A stretch of 63,031 bases of DNA, filler included, from Thraustochytrium aureum (lineage: Eukaryota): the NCBI GenBank assembly GCA_012862495.1. It is 7 parts of 3 records of this genome, joined end to end, with 100 filler letters (N's around TTAATTAATTAA, not from the genome) between each part and the next. Parts side by side here need not be neighbours in the genome. Positions count along the whole stretch, not along the records: positions 47,641 to 61,808 come from BLSG01000462.1; positions 61,909 to 63,031 come from BLSG01000462.1; 5 more parts are not named here. The stretch is one strand, 5' to 3'. The notes under the pieces were generated by a model, which ran no database searches, was not told the origin of the DNA, and was given only the letters and a program-made list of their open reading frames with translations. The translations under genes and the position numbers were made by a program. Shown here one piece after another: positions 58,535 through 63,031 of the stretch (its first letter is position 1; every line of letters begins with the position of its first letter).

Positions 58535-59320
58535 TCAAGATTGGGGATGTCCGCTGCCGGCCCCTACATCATGAGCCGCCGCATGAGCCGCTGCCGCCCG
58601 AGTGATGCTATCTGTGGCGGCCTGCATAGAAAAGCTTGACGGGATCGACTCGCCAGACTCGATGCCGCAGAAGATATCGTACATGGCTTGGCTCACGGTG
58701 CGATACGGTTCGCGCGGCGCAAAGGAGCTGTCGAAGTTGGCGAGTTTGCTAGCATCCACCTCGAAGACGGGCGAGAAGTGAACCACACCAACGCCCTTGT
58801 CATCGATTTGCGCCGCGAAAGCGCCAGGCGACAGCTCGAGCGCTTGGAGGCTCATTGGGTATCGCCCCTCTCCAAGCCCTAGGCCAAAAGTCTTGCCTTG
58901 CACGAATCCGAAACGTTCGTAGAACTGCGGGTATCCGAGGAGGACCACACCCGGAAATCCGAGTTGTTTGGCACGGGCAAGCGACTCGCGGACCAGCAGC
59001 GTGCCAACACCTCGCCCCTTGCACTCAGGGGCAACCCCCACAGGCCCGAAGCAAAGTACTTGCTGAACATCCGGGCCGTTTGGTCCATCCCGAGTTATCG
59101 AGGCCAGGCTGTAAGCGATAACCCCTACAACCTCCTCCGCCAGCGTCGCGACAAGGCACAGCTCGGGCACGAAATCCTTCGACTGGCGGAGCTCGTGGAG
59201 GATGAAGTGCTCGTCGGCGCCGGGCTGGTACAGGTTCCAGAACGTGGAGCGGAAGAGCTCCTCGCTCTTCCGGTGGTCCTCGACCGCCTCCCTCCGCACT
59301 TGAACGGCAGGAGTGGCCAT
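58535..59320 (-). CDS. GNAT N-acetyltransferase, bacterial YhbS-like
   Basis: FWNLYQPGADEHFILHELRQSKDFVPEL, FGPVGVAPECKGRGVG, LLGYPQFYERFGF. Confidence 0.88.
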   Translation of the reverse strand: MATPAVQVRREAVEDHRKSEELFRSTFWNLYQPGADEHFILHELRQSKDFVPELCLVATLAEEVVGVIAYSLASITRDGPNGPDVQQVLCFGPVGVAPECKGRGVGTLLVRESLARAKQLGFPGVVLLGYPQFYERFGFVQGKTFGLGLGEGRYPMSLQALELSPGAFAAQIDDKGVGVVHFSPVFEVDASKLANFDSSFAPREPYRTVSQAMYDIFCGIESGESIPSSFSMQAATDSITRAAAAHAAAHDVGAGSGHPQS

Positions 59321-60808
59321 CGCGAACGACAGTCACCTGAGATAGGGCTGGGCTTTGGTTGTCTGTCTGGCTCCTATGCAAGTACAGGTACAGGACTGGC
59401 TTGCCAGTTGGGGGACTGATGACTCTTCAGCGCGCGGCCGCCGCGGCGCACAGAGACAGAGATGTCTCCGCCTGTTCTCGATCTTGATCTTGATCAATCA
59501 AAAGTTGGCAATCACCTCGCCTCAGTCTGGGCCTAAATGAAGTAAAAATATGAAGTAAAAAAGGCTTACCTTTGTTGCTGATTTTCGTTGCACGTGCACA
59601 GTGATAGTCGAAGCCGCGCTGTACGTCCTCGCAACACATGTGTAAGGCCATGTGCAATACTCTCTACCTTACGCTCTTCTGATCAGTGGTTTATCGTCTG
59701 CAACATCGAAGTCGGTCCTCGAGAAACGAGCGAAACGGCCAAATCTGTCCGATCTAAGGTGACTAGAATTTATTTACTTCAAATTATGAAGTAAATTTAA
59801 TTAGGCCAAACCTTGGGAACAACTTGAAGTTCGTTTTTGTGTCGTCGGGGCNNNNNNNNNNNNNNNNNNNNNNNNNNNNNNNNNNNNNNNNNNNNNNNNN
59901 NNNNNNNNNNNNNNNNNNNNNNNNNNNNNNNNNNNNNNNNNNNNNNNNNNNNNNNNNNNNNNNNNNNNNNNNNNNNNNNNNNNNNNNNNNNNNNNNNNNN
60001 NNNNNNNNNNNNNNNNNNNNNNNNNNNNNNNNNNNNNNNNNNNNNNNNNNNNNNNNNNNNNNNNNNNNNNNNNNNNNNNNNNNNNNNNNNNNNNNNNNNN
60101 NNNNNNNNNNNNNNNNNNNNNNNNNNNNNNNNNNNNNNNNNNNNNNNNNNNNNNNNNNNNNNNNNNNNNNNNNNNNNNNNNNNNNNNNNNNNNNNNNNNN
60201 NNNNNNNNNNNNNNNNNNNNNNNNNNNNNNNNNNNNNNNNNNNNNNNNNNNNNNNNNNNNNNNNNNNNNNNNNNNNNNNNNNNNNNNNNNNNNNNNNNNN
60301 NNNNNNNNNNNNNNNNNNNNNNNNNNNNNNNNNNNNNNNNNNNNNNNNNNNNNNNNNNNNNNNNNNNNNNNNNNNNNNNNNNNNNNNNNNNNNNNNNNNN
60401 NNNNNNNNNNNNNNNNNNNNNNNNNNNNNNNNNNNNNNNNNNNNNNNNNNNNNNNNNNNNNNNNNNNNNNNNNNNNNNNNNNNNNNNNNNNNNNNNNNNN
60501 NNNNNNNNNNNNNNNNNNNNNNNNNNNNNNNNNNNNNNNNNNNNNNNNNNNNNNNNNNNNNNNNNNNNNNNNNNNNNNNNNNNNNNNNNNNNNNNNNNNN
60601 NNNNNNNNNNNNNNNNNNNNNNNNNNNNNNNNNNNNNNNNNNNNNNNNNNNNNNNNNNNNNNNNNNNNNNNNNNNNNNNNNNNNNNNNNNNNNNNNNNNN
60701 NNNNNNNNNNNNNNNNNNNNNNNNNNNNNNNNNNNNNNNNNNNNNNNNNNNNNNNNNNNNNNNNNNNNNNNNNNNNNNNNNNNNNNNNNNNNNNNNNNNN
60801 NNNNNNNN

Positions 60809-61808
60809 GTTACGCGAACCATAACCGCGCGTGAGATCGACGACCTCGTTGAGAACACGACAAGGGTGTAATCGAGTCCAAGGACGGCTGCGTGGTGAAT
60901 GGCTTGCGTCCTGTAAGAGGCGTTGCCAACAGCCGCGCGGAACGCACGAGTACCTGCAGAAACCTCCACGAAGCGAGCCGTCGGCGCAGCCTCGAGCTGC
61001 GCCTCAGTGTTGTCAGTGCAAGCAGTTTTGAACTCGAGCGCAACGAGACACTGAAAAACGTGACCCGTGCCTGAGTCAGACTTGCGAAGCAGCGCTGCAA
61101 CGCCATCCGGCGAATCCGCCGCGAACGTGCACCGGCGAGAGGCGACGAGGCCATACTCTTTGAGGCGGTCCAGCTTAAACTTGGACGCGGAGGCGTCCTT
61201 GACGAAAGCCGCGACATGTTTCATGATAGATGCTTCGTTTGCAGCACCCACTCGAAGTGGGCTCGTTGTGTTTCGGAACTCGATAGGCTTCATGAACCAG
61301 AAGCGCATCATCAGCCTGAGTAGCGCGACTTGAGGGCCGGCGCCATCCTCTTCGCTATTGGTGCTTTCAATGCCGAGTATCGCCTCTGCAACGCTGTCGT
61401 GGCAAGACCGTTCGTCGTCCTCGCTGTCGGAAGAGCCCACATCCCTTGCGTGCGACATGCGCGGCGTACCGCTCTGGGCGCGGTTTGGGTATCCAGGGGA
61501 GCCCTCTGCGTCTGAGTCCGAGTCTAAGCATGCAGCCGAGTGATGCGTCGAGGAAGATGAAGAGGACGTCGAGCCTGTCGCGGCGGCGGCTGCTGAGGCA
61601 ACAGCCTCTGCGGTGCCGGTTTGCGTCACCGAAGAAGAGCCCGCCGTAGGTGCCGCGCCAACCCCAACGCTGAAAATTCCGGGTCCAATGATAACGCCCG
61701 TTTCACGATGCAATTTCGCAAAAAGCCTCGCAAGAGCTTGCTTGGTGTTTCCTGGAGAACGTGGTATTGACTGGAGCTTGCCTGCTTTGAACAGCTCCAC
61801 GGCCGAAG
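60809..61808 (-). CDS. Fragment with YqaJ-like / lambda-exonuclease PD-(D/E)XK domain, probably transposon-encoded
   Basis: GAANE, EYGL, ADSPDG, LEFKT and YRTQAIHH occur in lambda-exonuclease motif order. Confidence 0.75.
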
Positions 61809-61908
61809 NNNNNNNNNNNNNNNNNNNNNNNNNNNNNNNNNNNNNNNNNNNNTTAATTAATTAANNNNNNNNNNNNNNNNNNNNNNNNNNNNNNNNNNNN
61901 NNNNNNNN

Positions 61909-63031
61909 TGACCTCAAGGCCGAGATTGCGGTTCTCAGCAACGAACGTGGTCCGAGTGCCGAAAAGACCGATATTGACGCGTCCGTTTGTAACGGCTTCC
62001 ATGGGCACCCGTTCTGTAGTCGCGAACGGGAAGGACATCGTATCGCGGATCGTCCCAAGGACATGGATTCCGACGGCGCGAAGCTTGTGGAGGACGTTGG
62101 TAGCCTCACCATCCTTCGCAAGGGCCAAGTATCCGCGGTCGATGAAGACGACAAGTTGTCGGGCGGCGTGTGCCGGCACCTGGCTGATGTGCGAAGCCCC
62201 AAAAAGCGGGGTTAGCGTCTGCATCACGACGTCTACAGTACTGGAGGTGATCTCCTCAAAACAGCACGAGAGCACTATCTGCGATCCGACACTCACAACA
62301 GCGTGGACGACAGGCTGCGTTTTTTTCTCCGCGTCGTCTGCAGGCGCAGACCATACTTTTCCCACACTTTGGAGGTATAGGGCAGCTTGTCGTCGTCCAA
62401 GTCGACCCACGTCTCGCCGGGCATGAAAAAGAGTGAGCTCCAGTACAGCCTGCACGCCTCGAAGACCTTTCGCATGAGCGGGTCGACGCTGAAGACAGGG
62501 TTGTGCGCGCCGGCCAACGACGAGTCGGCACGCTTCTCACTGAAGGGCTTGTCAGCATTCCACATTGCCTTCCACACGCGCTGGTGAGCTTCCATGTGCC
62601 CCACGAAGTTCTGAATCGCCCAGTCGAGCTCTTGCAAATCCGCGAAAGACATGCGCATCACGCGAAGCTGCACTTCGACCCGCAAGAACATGACGATTTC
62701 TCGCAACTCGACGTTGTATCCCGCATCACGAAGCCAGCGTGCAAATACTGTCAGCAGATCCGGTGGAAGACAAGCCGCAAAGCAGTTCGTCGGGTCAGTC
62801 AGGTCAGTGGCGTCCGATCCCTCGACTACCTCCCCCAGCTTTTCCAGGACGAACTTTGCTTCGGCTTTCGCTTTCCGCAATGCGAGGGCGTCGGTCGTGT
62901 TGTACTCGAGCTTGACTTGGTCCACGCGTAGTCGCTTGCCAGGGAGGTCTCCGTGGTACTCGGACCCTGCCTCAGAAAATGACGTGTAGGCCCAGCCGGA
63001 TCGCGGTCCACGAGGTGGCGAAGGAGTTGCA
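61909..63031 (-). mobile_element. piggyBac-like DDE/DDD transposase fragment (frameshift in T run near 62322)
   Basis: VDLDDDKL (first Asp), VFIDRGY (second Asp) and LRAVGIHVLGTIR (piggyBac-like GT motif). Confidence 0.7.

Overview
A gappy draft eukaryotic assembly. The host DNA is GC-rich and intron-poor, probably a stramenopile such as a thraustochytrid (inferred from gene style and the HAD-IGPD fusion). Six artificial 100-bp joins (N44-TTAATTAATTAA-N44) and many sized N gaps break it up, and most frameshifts fall in homopolymers and look like sequencing errors. Host genes: a MetX/Cys2-family acyltransferase, an EDR2_C protein, an LRR-ankyrin-(TIR-like)x2-IQ protein, a HisC-HAD-IGPD histidine-biosynthesis fusion, a CRAL-TRIO/GOLD protein, Borealin, an ABCA transporter, a TPR protein, a DD3-3-like protein, a multi-TM-RGS protein, a G8/PKHD1-like surface protein, importin alpha and a bacterial-type GNAT. 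Two accessory regions stand out. (1) A lower-GC island of about 9 kb (27.2-36.4 kb) opens with a structured array of 15 co-oriented ACCTATTWGAT-like boxes. It is followed by tightly packed, co-oriented, mostly orphan ORFs and may be an endogenous viral element or giant mobile element, although no viral hallmark gene is visible. (2) At 59.5-63.0 kb is a DNA transposon-like region with a piggyBac-like DDE transposase and a YqaJ/lambda-exonuclease domain.
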